Assembly (NCBI GenBank): GCA_964524715.1
Contig: CAZGGF010000002.1
Location: 11,630 to 75,629, forward strand
Reading direction: 5' to 3'
Source: an uncultured Verrucomicrobiota bacterium
GTDB lineage: Bacteria > Verrucomicrobiota > Verrucomicrobiia > CAIQCK01
DNA: 64,000 bases
Below, one piece after another: positions 10,442 through 20,243 of the stretch (positions within the stretch are counted from its first letter, which is position 1; the number at the start of each line of letters is the position of its first letter). The position numbers and the translations under genes were made by a program. Under the pieces are notes generated by a model that was not told the DNA's origin, ran no database searches, and saw only the letters and a program-made list of their open reading frames with translations.

Positions 10442-12475
10442 ATGAAAAACATCGCCGGAAAAGGAGTGCAAACGCACATGCGAAAACGGGTGATCACTGC
10501 GAGTCTGCGTTTGACCGTTTGCCTGTTCTGCTTCGGTCTCGCGCACAACCCCGCGACGGCGGGGAATTTCACGTCCAACCGCGCGCCGTTGCAGTCCCAG
10601 CCCTATGTGAGCCTGCCGCCGGGCGGCGTCCAAGCGACGGGCTGGCTGAAACACCAGCTTGAATTGCAGCGGGATGGCCTTACGGGCAACGCGGAAGAAC
10701 TCTACGCCGACATCGGTCAAAGCGACTGGATTTCGGGCAAAACACAAGGCGGTGAGTATGCATGGGAACGAGGCCCGTATTACGCCAAAGGGTTGATCTC
10801 TCTTGCCTTTGTTCTGGACGATGCCGGACTGAAGGCCAAAGCGGGGAAATGGATCGATCAGGTCATCAAGAGCCAGAGACCCGATGGCGATTTTGGCCCC
10901 AAGAAACGCAACTGGTGGGCGAATATGATTGTCCTTCACTACATGCGTGATTACTACGAGGCGACCCATGACACACGCGTTCTGGATTTCCTCGGCAAGT
11001 ACTTTCACTTCCAGATGAAGACGCTGCCGGGACACCCGCTGTGCAAGGATTCCAAGTGGGCGCAAGCGCGCGGCGGGGACAATCTTGAGATTGTCATCTG
11101 GTTGTACAACCTGCAGGGAGGCAACGAGTTGCTTGGACTTGCCAATCTTCTGATGGAACAGACCGGACAATGGGAACAGTACTATGCGGATGGAACGGGC
11201 ATAAACGCTTATCCCGAACATATCGTCAACGTAATGCAGGGCCTTAAGACGCCCTCGTTGATGTACTTGCTGTCCCGCAAGCAATCTCATCGCGATGGTT
11301 ATTGGAACGCCACAAAAGCGGATGGCTGGCTGATGAAAAAGTATGGCCGGGTGGATTCCATGTTCAACGGAACCGAGGGTTTGACTGACCGGAGTTCCAC
11401 GGAGGGAACAGAACTCTGCGCCATTGTCGAGCGCATCCTGAGCTGCACGGTGGCCATCGGAATACTCGGGGATGCCGATATTGGCGATCAGCTTGAAACA
11501 GTGGCTTACAATGCCCTGCCGGCCGCCTTGTCTCCCGACATCAAAGGCCTGCGTTACTACTCATTACAGAACCAACCCAAATGCACGGATGAGGATTTGG
11601 GATTTAAACAGAATGGCGCCGCCAAGAGTTCGATCTGCCCGAGTCCGCATTCCGGTTTTGGCTGTTGCCGGAGCAACTTCCATTTCGGCTGGCCCAAGTT
11701 CGTTCAGAACATGTGGATGGCGACAGAAGACCGTGGTCTTGCCCTTATTGCGTATGGTCCGAACTGTGTTACAGCGAAGGTCGGCACAAAAGGCGAGAGG
11801 GTATCCATCAAGCAAGATACCGGGTACCCATTCCAGACAGCGTCCACTCTAACCGTTATCGCAGACAAACGGGTCGCCTTCCCTTTGAAGTTGAGAATCC
11901 CCGCGTGGTGTTCCGCGCCAGACATACGCGTGAATGGGCAGAAGCTCGAACATGTCAACCCGGGAAGATTTTTCGAGATCGTGAGAACCTGGCAGAACGG
12001 CGACGTCGTCAAGCTGGACTTCCCGATGACTCCCAGGGTTTCGCACTGGATCAACAACTCGGCGGCGATCACTCGTGGTCCCTTGGTTTACTCGCTGCTC
12101 ATCGAGGAGAAGCCTTGGAAAAGCACCAAGGACTTCAATGGCAACATGTATCACACCTACGAGATCAGGCCGGCCAGCGCCTGGAATTACGCTCTGCTTC
12201 TCAAAAATACCGATATGCCTGAGATTGAAACCTCCGTTTCCAACACAATACCTCTGCAGCCTTTCAAGACCCCGGATGCGCCTGTCCGGCTGAAGCTCAA
12301 GGCTTTCAAAACCAGCAAAGACGGTTGGGGAACCTATCGCGAAGATTTCCCCGCCCGCGCAGTGGAACCACCGGTCAGCCCCGTTGAGGCCCCCGGAACC
12401 GCCGAGAACATCACCCTAGTGCCTTACGGCTCGACTGGAATTCGTGTCACCCTTTTCCCGTGGGCGAAGAACTGA
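10442..12475 (+). CDS. GH127/DUF1680-like glycoside hydrolase (beta-L-arabinofuranosidase family)
   Basis: 677 aa, secreted. N-terminal region (…QSQPYVSLPPGGVQATGWLKHQLELQ…) and conserved cysteines are consistent with DUF1680; called from memory. Confidence 0.5.
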   Translation: MKNIAGKGVQTHMRKRVITASLRLTVCLFCFGLAHNPATAGNFTSNRAPLQSQPYVSLPPGGVQATGWLKHQLELQRDGLTGNAEELYADIGQSDWISGKTQGGEYAWERGPYYAKGLISLAFVLDDAGLKAKAGKWIDQVIKSQRPDGDFGPKKRNWWANMIVLHYMRDYYEATHDTRVLDFLGKYFHFQMKTLPGHPLCKDSKWAQARGGDNLEIVIWLYNLQGGNELLGLANLLMEQTGQWEQYYADGTGINAYPEHIVNVMQGLKTPSLMYLLSRKQSHRDGYWNATKADGWLMKKYGRVDSMFNGTEGLTDRSSTEGTELCAIVERILSCTVAIGILGDADIGDQLETVAYNALPAALSPDIKGLRYYSLQNQPKCTDEDLGFKQNGAAKSSICPSPHSGFGCCRSNFHFGWPKFVQNMWMATEDRGLALIAYGPNCVTAKVGTKGERVSIKQDTGYPFQTASTLTVIADKRVAFPLKLRIPAWCSAPDIRVNGQKLEHVNPGRFFEIVRTWQNGDVVKLDFPMTPRVSHWINNSAAITRGPLVYSLLIEEKPWKSTKDFNGNMYHTYEIRPASAWNYALLLKNTDMPEIETSVSNTIPLQPFKTPDAPVRLKLKAFKTSKDGWGTYREDFPARAVEPPVSPVEAPGTAENITLVPYGSTGIRVTLFPWAKN

Positions 12476-12931
12476 AGTCTCGCGCCAAATCAGAAATACC
12501 GCCAGCGGCAAGCCCTCTGGGAAGTTGAAGCCGGGATGCTGCTTTGACCCATTTGGGCGTAGCTGGCAGCCCATTGCCAACGTCCTTGCATCTTTGGGTT
12601 GCGATGGGTTTTGGCATGGCTGACGCGTTTATTTGCGATTTGTGACGGCTTGCGACAGAAATCTGTGATAGATTTTAGCAAGATCTGGTATTCACAGCTT
12701 TTCGAAATTACGTAATTGCAATATTCAACCCATTCGTGGAGCGGCCTCAGTTTTCACCGCTTCCACTGTTTTCACCCCTCTTGCGAATCGTTCGTTCGTA
12801 GCGCCATCTGTCACTCGATCTTGGCCGGCGGCTTGCCAGGCTCGCTGCATGATTTGACCGGGTTGCGAAAACGAACAAATGACGGTGACACCGATCACAA
12901 CCCTTCTCCTTCACCCAACTGGATATAGCAC

Positions 12932-14329
12932 ATGCGTCAAGGAATAAAGCCATCCCATGTCCTCTGCCTCTACCCCTATGTGAAGGAGGTGCCCATTTAC
13001 GAGTTTTTCCCGCCCATCGGTCTCGAATATGTCGCGACCGCTGTCAGCGATATGGTGAAAAGCATCAGCATCGTGGATTCCAGATATGTAAAGGACCCGA
13101 TGAGTTGTTTCACTTCTTCGATTGATACCGCTCTGGTGAGCGTGAACTGGAATTATACATACGATGAAGTCTGCTCGGTGATACGGCAGATCCCATCGCA
13201 TATCAGGATCATCGTGGGAGGAAGGCAGGCCACGGATTGCGTCGAAGACCTGTTCCAGAGGTGTCCGAATATATCCGTCATCGTAAGGGGCGAAGGTGAA
13301 GCCACCACAAGGGATCTTTTCAGCGGGAGACCCTTGGAAGAAGTGAAGGGGATCTCGTACGTGAACGACGGAAAGGTCGTTCATAACGAATCCAGGCCCT
13401 TGTCTCCCGTTAGCGATGCAAAAAGACCGGACAGGAAACTCAGGACAACGGCCTACCGCGCCACCATCAGGGGGATTGACTTGGGGTTGAGTTTCGACGC
13501 CGTCATGAGTTCCCGGGGATGCCCTTACAAATGCAAGTTTTGCACCTTCAAGCTCAACCCTCTGGGACAGATGCGGACATGGGAGGCGAGAAGTCCCGAG
13601 TCCACCGTTGAAGAAGTTGAAGCCTTGGATGCGGATTTTGTCGCGTTTGTGGACGACAATTTTTCCGCCGACATGGACAGGGTTGAGGCCATCTGCGACC
13701 TCATTATTGCCAGAGGGATCAAGAAGATGTTCCTGTGCAACGTGAGGATTGACATCGCGCGGAGACCTGCATTGTTGGAGAAGATGAAAAAGGCGGGGTT
13801 CAAAGTCCTGATGGTAGGGCTGGAATCAGCCCAGGATAAGTCGCTGGTGGCAATGCAAAAGGGCTTTAAGACAAACACCGTGAGGGAGGCCTTCAAGGTG
13901 ATCGCGCGGTCCGGCATGTTGGTCAACGGATATTTCATTATCGGGGTCATCGGTGAGAGTGAAGACGAGATGCTCATGATCGCGCCCTATGCCAGCGAGA
14001 TAGGGCTGGATTTTATTTCACTCAACAGGCTCCGGTGGGAGAAATTCTCCCCGTTGGAGGATATCGTTAAAGCGACACCTGGATATTACATAGGTCAGGA
14101 CAATGGGATATACTCAGAGAAGTATGGCCGGAAGGAGCTGACCACCATCCTCAAGAGGATTCATCGGGAGTTTTACAGCCCCGGCCATGTCATGCAGATT
14201 TTGGGAAAGGCACTCAAGCTGGGCGTCCTTTCGCCTCGTCGGCTGTTCACATTGCTATACTATGTGCCCTACATTCTTCTTAAGACGAGCGCAAGCAAAC
14301 GAAGATTAAAGAAGATGATGAAGCGGTGA
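12932..14329 (+). CDS. B12-binding-domain radical SAM protein (copy 1)
   Basis: N-terminal B12-binding Rossmann region, then the radical-SAM cysteine motif SSRGCPYKCKFCTF. 465 aa. About 96% identical to the inverted copy at 51335-52732. Confidence 0.85.
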   Translation: MRQGIKPSHVLCLYPYVKEVPIYEFFPPIGLEYVATAVSDMVKSISIVDSRYVKDPMSCFTSSIDTALVSVNWNYTYDEVCSVIRQIPSHIRIIVGGRQATDCVEDLFQRCPNISVIVRGEGEATTRDLFSGRPLEEVKGISYVNDGKVVHNESRPLSPVSDAKRPDRKLRTTAYRATIRGIDLGLSFDAVMSSRGCPYKCKFCTFKLNPLGQMRTWEARSPESTVEEVEALDADFVAFVDDNFSADMDRVEAICDLIIARGIKKMFLCNVRIDIARRPALLEKMKKAGFKVLMVGLESAQDKSLVAMQKGFKTNTVREAFKVIARSGMLVNGYFIIGVIGESEDEMLMIAPYASEIGLDFISLNRLRWEKFSPLEDIVKATPGYYIGQDNGIYSEKYGRKELTTILKRIHREFYSPGHVMQILGKALKLGVLSPRRLFTLLYYVPYILLKTSASKRRLKKMMKR

Positions 14330-14532
14330 TCCGCAAAAACCGGCTGCCAAACCCGATTCACGTTTATCCCACACGGAACGAATCAGAACAAAAGATGATG
14401 CGCTTGGGGGGCTACCGTGGGAGGTGGTTGCAACCATCCGCAGACGACACCCGCTCTCATGGCCGCGCCTCGAACAATCTTGCCATGGGCTTGAAAGCGT
14501 GCCAATGTCCCTTTCGCTGAAGAAATGCCTGT

Positions 14533-14609
14533 CGGGGCGTAGCGCAGCTTGATAGCGCGCCTGCCTTGGGCGCAGGAGGTCCCGGGTTTAAATCCCGGCG
14601 CCCCGACCA
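14533..14609 (+). tRNA. tRNA-Pro (anticodon TGG)
   Basis: 77-nt cloverleaf with acceptor CGGGGCG/CGCCCCG, T-arm CCGGG-TTTAAAT-CCCGG, anticodon loop CTTGGGC and a 3' CCA. The 5' and 3' ends match the classic tRNA-Pro pattern. Confidence 0.85.
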
Positions 14610-14632
14610 TTTTGACAGGGGGAACCGTGTCG

Positions 14633-14642
14633 CCCCCCCCCC
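14633..14642 (+). repeat. C10 homopolymeric tract immediately 3' of tRNA-Pro
   Basis: CCCCCCCCCC, 24 nt after the tRNA CCA end. Confidence 0.7.
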
Positions 14643-14836
14643 TTCGCATCCCGCTACGCACTCGCTCGCTTGATAAACACCTGAACTGCGAACAGCGATG
14701 GAAGATGTTCGGCACGGCCACAATCAGTCCCCATTGCACAACCGCCGACCGTCAAATTCCGGTCATTTCTGCCACACACAGCGGCCCCTCTTGTGGTATT
14801 GCCAAACAGGTATACGTTACTCTCATAAGGTTGACC

Positions 14837-15124
14837 ATGAATGCTTCGGTATTCTGCCTCCACTGCGGTCAGTACCTGCGGTTCGACGAGGTCAAGGGGG
14901 GATCGGTGGTGCCATGTCCCAGATGCGGGACACGGCTGAGGGTTCCCACACCGTCACGTCCATATCTCGAACCCGTGCCGAAAATACCATCGATTTTCAT
15001 CGCCATGCGAATGCTCCTGCACATGGCGTTCTTCGCTGTGCTGGTCTACCTGTATTACGAAGGCGGGGTCGCTGGAAGGCTTTGGGCTTGGCTCCAACGC
15101 ATCCGCTATTTTCTCCCTTTTTGA
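14837..15124 (+). CDS. Small zinc-ribbon membrane protein
   Basis: MNASVFCLHCGQYLRF…VVPCPRCGTRLRV has two CxxC pairs, followed by a hydrophobic C-terminus. Confidence 0.4.
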   Translation: MNASVFCLHCGQYLRFDEVKGGSVVPCPRCGTRLRVPTPSRPYLEPVPKIPSIFIAMRMLLHMAFFAVLVYLYYEGGVAGRLWAWLQRIRYFLPF

Positions 15125-15240
15125 TCCTTCATATCCGCATGTTCTCAACAAACATCTTTCGTCCGGGAAATCAGATACTCTCCACCGATGACAATAACAC
15201 CTGGAAACAGTTGTCCAAAGGTCCCCTTCAGAAGAACGTT

Positions 15241-16086
15241 CTAGTGCTGGGAGCTTCGTCGAGGGAGAAGAGGTGAAGGAGTTCCTTTCGGTGACGCCAT
15301 GAGCGCTGCGAACCATTTCGCAGCCATCCTTTCCATGCCCACCTGGTTGGGGTGAACGCCATCAGGCAGGAGATCATCGGTCGTGATTGCAGCATGCATG
15401 TCCACGAGTGTGATGCGCTTGCCTGCGGCCTGCTGCGCGGCGACAATCGGGGGCAACGAGGCGTTGTAGGCATCCACCTTCTCCCAACCTGCGCGGGGTG
15501 CTTTCTGCGGGAGGATGGTGGCGACAAAAAGATGAGCGCCGCTTGTTTCGCCGATGGTGCGGATGAGCTTGTCGCGTGCCGGCGCATCGAAACCGTTCGC
15601 TCCGGACATAAGCAGAATCACGTCCGGCTGGTATTTCTTCAACACGTCAACGATGCCGGCAACCTTGATTTCTTTGATGCCTCGTGCCGCGAGCACATCG
15701 GTCGGTGTGGGCACGACTCCGCCCGTGAGGATGCGGGCGTTGCTAAAGCCCGCGAGTCCGTGGTGATCGGGGTCGAACATCGGATCAACAACTCCGTCAC
15801 GGCCAAAGGCGGCGTAGTTGAGTTCACCGACGAAATCATAGGCGACGCCCGCGGCGCGGAGTTTGTCCTGGAGTGCTTTCCGCCAACCACCGCCCTGCGG
15901 ATTCGGCAAGCCAGTGGCTTTGCCGTTTGCCTGCGCGAGGTAAGAGCCTCGCGTGATGCTGTCGCCGAGGGGTAAGATACGCAGGAGCTTTTCAGGCGGC
16001 ACGGCGACGCTCTTCGGCTCGGCTCCCTGCAACACGGCCAGCGGAACCAGCAGCAATGTAATGAGGAGGATGAGGGTGGGGTTCAT
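15241..16086 (-). CDS. Secreted SGNH/GDSL-family hydrolase
   Basis: Signal peptide MNPTLILLITLLLVPLAVLQG. Block I is LRILPLGDSITRG and block V is DGVHPNQVG. Confidence 0.7.
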   Translation of the reverse strand: MNPTLILLITLLLVPLAVLQGAEPKSVAVPPEKLLRILPLGDSITRGSYLAQANGKATGLPNPQGGGWRKALQDKLRAAGVAYDFVGELNYAAFGRDGVVDPMFDPDHHGLAGFSNARILTGGVVPTPTDVLAARGIKEIKVAGIVDVLKKYQPDVILLMSGANGFDAPARDKLIRTIGETSGAHLFVATILPQKAPRAGWEKVDAYNASLPPIVAAQQAAGKRITLVDMHAAITTDDLLPDGVHPNQVGMERMAAKWFAALMASPKGTPSPLLPRRSSQH

Positions 16087-16103
16087 GCCGGTGTCTGGAA
16101 GGG

Positions 16104-16784
16104 TTAGTGAGCAGTTGGGATGACGTGGACATCGTCTATTTCGATGCCCTTGGCACCTCCGTTCTGCATCCAGAGCAATTTGCGTTTGATTGCGTCGAAG
16201 TTGGGACGCTTCAGGGTACGAGACCAAATCCTGCCAGCGACGGACATCACCACCGACTCGCCCGAGAAAACGAGCTTCACCTCGCGCCAGATGTTGGCGG
16301 AGAGGTCAACTTTCTCGGCTGGGAAGTGCTCGTTGGTGCGGAAGGCTCCGCTGACCGGGTCGGCTTCGCGGGTGTTCTGGCGCTGGGGGTGCTTCGGATC
16401 CTTGGTGTGGGCGTCAACTTCCAGAACGATGGAGTCACGCAGGATTTTCACGCGGAGCATGTGATCGACACTGCCGTAACCGTCGTCCCCGTCCACGAAG
16501 AGCCAGAGCATGCCGTCGGAACTCAGGTGGCGATAGCGAAAGGAGATGGTCAAATCCTTGCCGTCCAGTGCGAGGTAGACCATCGGCGGGTATTTGCCGC
16601 CACTGCTGCCGTGGGTCCACATCACTCCGTCACGGATCTGCGTGTTTTTGTTGGGCAATGGCGTCAGGAAGCGCTTCGCGTCGAAGTCCGTGCCGAACGT
16701 CTCATGAACCGAAAACGTTTCCGAGGGCACAGCGGATCCGGCCAGCAGCATGACGATGAACATCAGTAACACATTTCGTTTCAT
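16104..16784 (-). CDS. Secreted hypothetical protein (weak DUF1080/concanavalin-like resemblance)
   Basis: Signal peptide MKRNVLLMFIVMLLAGSAVP. Beta-rich sequence. No firm motif. Confidence 0.4.
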   Translation of the reverse strand: MKRNVLLMFIVMLLAGSAVPSETFSVHETFGTDFDAKRFLTPLPNKNTQIRDGVMWTHGSSGGKYPPMVYLALDGKDLTISFRYRHLSSDGMLWLFVDGDDGYGSVDHMLRVKILRDSIVLEVDAHTKDPKHPQRQNTREADPVSGAFRTNEHFPAEKVDLSANIWREVKLVFSGESVVMSVAGRIWSRTLKRPNFDAIKRKLLWMQNGGAKGIEIDDVHVIPTAH

Positions 16785-17071
16785 GGTCGCCCCTTGGGCC
16801 AACGCATTGCGAGTTTCGAACCAGAATAATAAGGCCGATGGGCTGCAAATCCAGCTCGCAATGAAAGTGTTGTGGAAGGAATCGATGATTTGAACGGCAT
16901 TGACCGGGATATTGGAAAGAAGACCCACCTCCAAGTGTTGATGCAAGGTGCCGCGAATAAATAAAATGGTGGAGGCGGTGGGAATTGAATCCGTTCTTTT
17001 GGGCCGAATTTACGGGAATTGCGGGGTTTTTGAACAGTCGAAAAATCCAAAAAACGTAGGTTGGACCCTTC

Positions 17072-17126
17072 TTTTGTCACGTTTTGTCACGGCCTCGTGG
17101 AGGTGGGTATATGACCCACCCCCACG
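17072..17126. promoter_or_regulatory. att-like site: tandem TTTTGTCACG x2 direct repeat plus 13-bp palindrome
   Basis: TTTTGTCACG occurs twice at 17072-17091. It is followed by CGTGGAGGTGGGT-ATAT-GACCCACCCCCACG. The site lies immediately 3' of the excisionase-type gene. Confidence 0.4.
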
Positions 17127-17139
17127 TGACCGGATCGGA

Positions 17140-17439
17140 TCAGGGACGATCCAGTTTTGACAACGCAATCAGTCTAGGCTTCGGCCCTTGGTTCTCCGTT
17201 TGCAAACGGAGCACGTCGGTTTCCTTGAATCTAACCGCACCGCCTATTCGCACGATGGGAAGTTCCCCCGACTGGGCGAGCCTCTCAACCTTGCTAATGC
17301 TGATGCTCAAACGACTAGCTACTTCTGCCTTGCTCATCAACTGCGGCACCATGTTCGCCGGTGCCGCGTCTTCCATCTCCACCACTACATACTCAGCCTC
17401 GTGCCGAACTCGGCACGATTTACAGGTGACCGTCATCAT
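17140..17439 (-). CDS. Excisionase/AlpA-type helix-turn-helix (HTH_17) DNA-binding protein
   Basis: …LMSKAEVASRLSISISKVERLAQSGELPIVRIGGAVRFKETDV… is a typical Xis/AlpA HTH. The true start is probably internal (MVPQLMSK…). Confidence 0.6.
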   Translation of the reverse strand: MMTVTCKSCRVRHEAEYVVVEMEDAAPANMVPQLMSKAEVASRLSISISKVERLAQSGELPIVRIGGAVRFKETDVLRLQTENQGPKPRLIALSKLDRP

Positions 17440-17587
17440 ACCTATGCGAGGGATTGTCCTCTTCCAGCCGCAATCCCCGCCCTTTGTGGAAGAACGGGAG
17501 CAAGGTCACCACGAAGCGGACTGATCCAAATACAGGCTGGCAAAGGCCGGTCAATTTGGTGTTTTATTCACGAAGAAAGGCGCGATC

Positions 17588-18805
17588 GTGAAAAAACCTC
17601 ACCCGCAACCAGCAAAGCCGATAGATAGGCAAGCGCTAGCTGATGGCCTCGATATGTTGAACGATGAGGGCGAGGAAATGTCGGAGGGCCATGCTTGGGA
17701 AGATAACGCTCGCGTTCCCACAGTGCCCTTCTATCTGCCCGAAGAGCAGGAAGAGGATGGCGGGGGCGACAAAGACGAACGGAAGATCTTGGAACGCGAC
17801 GAAGCAAAGGCGTGGTTGCAGAAAGCCATGTTTTCGCCTCTGCGACAGGAATTCATTATCGCGAGAGTTTTCGACAGTTTGAAGGAGCCAGGGGGACTCG
17901 CGGACCGTTTCAAAAAAAAGGTCGAGTTTATTCAGAAACAGCTTAACGATCCGGCCATTAGAACCTACACTGCCATTTTGCGTCACTGTCGGCGGCGTTT
18001 TGTGCCACTGCCTCCCTTAGATCATAATGAACTGGGTTGGGAATTCACGCCTATCAGAGGTTTTCCGCTGCCGATTTCCAAGATGCTGGCAAAGCAACTC
18101 CTAAAACCTGCCAATCTACAACCGGAGGAAAAAGTCTGGACTGCTGGCAATAATTGCATCCCTTGGAGCCGGGCGATCACAAATCTATACGGTCTCAAGA
18201 TTGAAGGCAGTAGTGATGACACGCTTGAGGTCGGGATCGTATACGATGTCGGCTTTAAAATGCCGCCCAAGACTGCACAAGAAGTAATTGAATTGATTAA
18301 GACGCAGCCCGCACTGCTCTTGCACGACGAGTCAAAACAACTTCGGGAAGCGTTTGTAGACATTTTGGAAGCGGCAAACTACGGCGACTCAGCTCGACGT
18401 GTCAAAGGTATCGTTCCCTCCGGCACTCGAAAAGAGGTTATGGTTTTTGCCACGAAGGCCCTTAAACCGTTAGCGTCCGCACAGGCAGGGAATCGAGTGA
18501 GCTATCCCATTGGAATCCTGAGTCTGGTTCTTCGGTTCTTTTGGGGGAGAGTCTCGGAGCTTCAAGAGAGGTGGAAAAGACGAGAACCCGCCAAGGGTGA
18601 GGAGATTGCGGGAATCGCTCGTTTTCGGGAACTGCACGGGAAAGAGTTTGCAGACATTACGGACACGAGATTACTGCTGATTCTTACGGGGGAGGCAAAA
18701 ACAATTGCCGCAACATTGGCAGAAGAAGCAACCGGCCTCAGTGCGGAAGCTTTTCTGCGAGCACAACGTGATTGCGCCAAATTGAAGAATAAGCCAGCCG
18801 CGTAG
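17588..18805 (+). CDS. Hypothetical protein (ORFan, 405 aa) divergent from the xis-like gene
   Basis: GTG start with GAAAGG RBS. Acidic N-terminus. No recognisable domain and no tyrosine-recombinase motifs. Confidence 0.5.
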   Translation: MKKPHPQPAKPIDRQALADGLDMLNDEGEEMSEGHAWEDNARVPTVPFYLPEEQEEDGGGDKDERKILERDEAKAWLQKAMFSPLRQEFIIARVFDSLKEPGGLADRFKKKVEFIQKQLNDPAIRTYTAILRHCRRRFVPLPPLDHNELGWEFTPIRGFPLPISKMLAKQLLKPANLQPEEKVWTAGNNCIPWSRAITNLYGLKIEGSSDDTLEVGIVYDVGFKMPPKTAQEVIELIKTQPALLLHDESKQLREAFVDILEAANYGDSARRVKGIVPSGTRKEVMVFATKALKPLASAQAGNRVSYPIGILSLVLRFFWGRVSELQERWKRREPAKGEEIAGIARFRELHGKEFADITDTRLLLILTGEAKTIAATLAEEATGLSAEAFLRAQRDCAKLKNKPAA

Positions 18806-19216
18806 CCCTTTGGGCTGTTTATCGACATGGAGGCGAACACCTGAGGTTCGGCCTAGGGACCAATTCGACTGCCGGTTTAATGCGTGGGGAGAAGGGGGCT
18901 GCTTGTCTGCTGTCCATTAGGCCGGTAATTCCCACAACGTCTCCGTTACAGTTCCTAAGCCGTAATTCTCCTGCTGTTTATGCACAAGATTGACCAGTAA
19001 CAATGTCTCCTAGCTGACCAAATCCTCGAAACTCGTAGTCGTTCTCTTTCGACTCACGCCTATCAACGGGTCGCCAGTCGCTTCTTTCCGGCTCCTCCGT
19101 TCGCAGTTCTGCCGTATCCCCCCCAGGTTGTGGGAACAGAGTGACCATTCCCCCGATAGATAGAGACTGCATGCGCGGCGTGGTGCTGCGAACAAGCGGC
19201 CTCGGAAAAGGAAAAA

Positions 19217-20092
19217 GTGAAAAACGGAAACAATAGAAAGTTGGGCAGCGAACATGGTTCGACCGCCGCGCAAGCCGCGGTTTCCAATGCCGCGGAATCG
19301 CGCGAAACGAGCAACGCGACTAGCGCCGCTGTGGAGGCGGAACAACGTGCATCGACAACGTCGAATCAACCAGCAACTGCCCCTGCCACAGGAGGCGGTG
19401 GCGACATCATTGTCGCACACCCAGACCTGAGCGCCAAGGAACGGAAGACGGAGTTGAAGCGGTGCGAGAAGATCATCGCCGGTGGCTTCCAAGGCGCGTG
19501 GGAAGCGGGAAAGGCGTTGATTGCTATCAGGGATGGGAAGCTCTACTTGGGGTCTCACGACACGTTCGAGGACTACCTGCGCGACCGGTGGGGCATGGGG
19601 CGATCCCATGGTTACCGGTTAATTGCAGCCAGCGAGGTTGCGGACATCCTGTCTCCAACTGGAGACAGGGCGCAGCTTCCTGCTCATGAGAGCGTGCTTC
19701 GACCATTGGTTGGCTTGAAGGCCGAGGACGCACAGGCAGCCTGGAAATCTGCTGTCGCCAAGGCGGGAGACGGTCGTCCGGTTACCGCAAAGCTCGTGAA
19801 AGCGGCGGCGGCTGAATTCACGCCGATCAAGCCGAAGAAAACTACGACTCCTGCGGCTCAGCCCAACGGCGCGGAAAAGGCCAACGCGGAAAAACCCCAT
19901 CCGGAGGATGGAGAAGAGGAGGAACAGGAAAACGACAAGCCTTTGGATGTCGTTGAGTTGAAAAAGGCTCTTGGGCTGGTCAATGACATTGATCGACAGG
20001 TTCATGAAGGGGTGAACCGTAATACGATCCGGAATCTCGTGAACCAACTGCGACAGATCCTCATGGATCTGGCGGAGGACGCGCAGGGCTAA
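19217..20092 (+). CDS. DNA-binding protein with phage/plasmid-type (ParB/KorB-like) HTH
   Basis: …GSHDTFEDYLRDRWGMGRSHGYRLIAASEVADIL… is a motif common to plasmid/phage partition and replication-associated proteins. Low-complexity S/T/A-rich N-terminus. Confidence 0.5.
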   Translation: MKNGNNRKLGSEHGSTAAQAAVSNAAESRETSNATSAAVEAEQRASTTSNQPATAPATGGGGDIIVAHPDLSAKERKTELKRCEKIIAGGFQGAWEAGKALIAIRDGKLYLGSHDTFEDYLRDRWGMGRSHGYRLIAASEVADILSPTGDRAQLPAHESVLRPLVGLKAEDAQAAWKSAVAKAGDGRPVTAKLVKAAAAEFTPIKPKKTTTPAAQPNGAEKANAEKPHPEDGEEEEQENDKPLDVVELKKALGLVNDIDRQVHEGVNRNTIRNLVNQLRQILMDLAEDAQG

Positions 20093-20243
20093 CCAACGGG
20101 TGGCGCGGTCGTGCGTGAGAGGCATCGAACCCCACGCACGGCCACAGCCGCCGGATACACACCATAAATAATAATCACACAACGAAGTAATCGGTCCGGG
20201 CAGTCAGAGACGGCTGCCCAGACTACATGAAAGAAACCACTCT

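Noticed and set aside
10259-11290. 343-aa ORF on the minus strand inside the GH127-like gene
   Set aside because: It is antisense to a long plus-strand ORF with conserved features. It is Arg/Ala/Gly-rich, as expected for a high-GC shadow ORF.
12551-12566. TGGCAG-N5-TTGCC upstream of radical-SAM copy 1
   Set aside because: The spacing between the GG and GC elements is one nt short of the sigma-54 consensus, and the site lies about 370 nt from the start codon.
13525-13977. 150-aa antisense ORFs inside both radical-SAM copies (also 51687-52139)
   Set aside because: They are conserved only because the sense gene is duplicated. They have no start context and are shadow ORFs.
14549-14836. Upstream extension of the zinc-ribbon ORF running across tRNA-Pro
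   Set aside because: The extended frame overlaps the tRNA gene and the C10 tract. The start at 14837 with the zinc-ribbon motif is the only plausible CDS.
19010-20182. Minus-strand ORFs of 199 and 187 aa overlapping the ParB-like gene
   Set aside because: They are antisense to a plus-strand gene with a clear HTH motif and RBS. No motifs.
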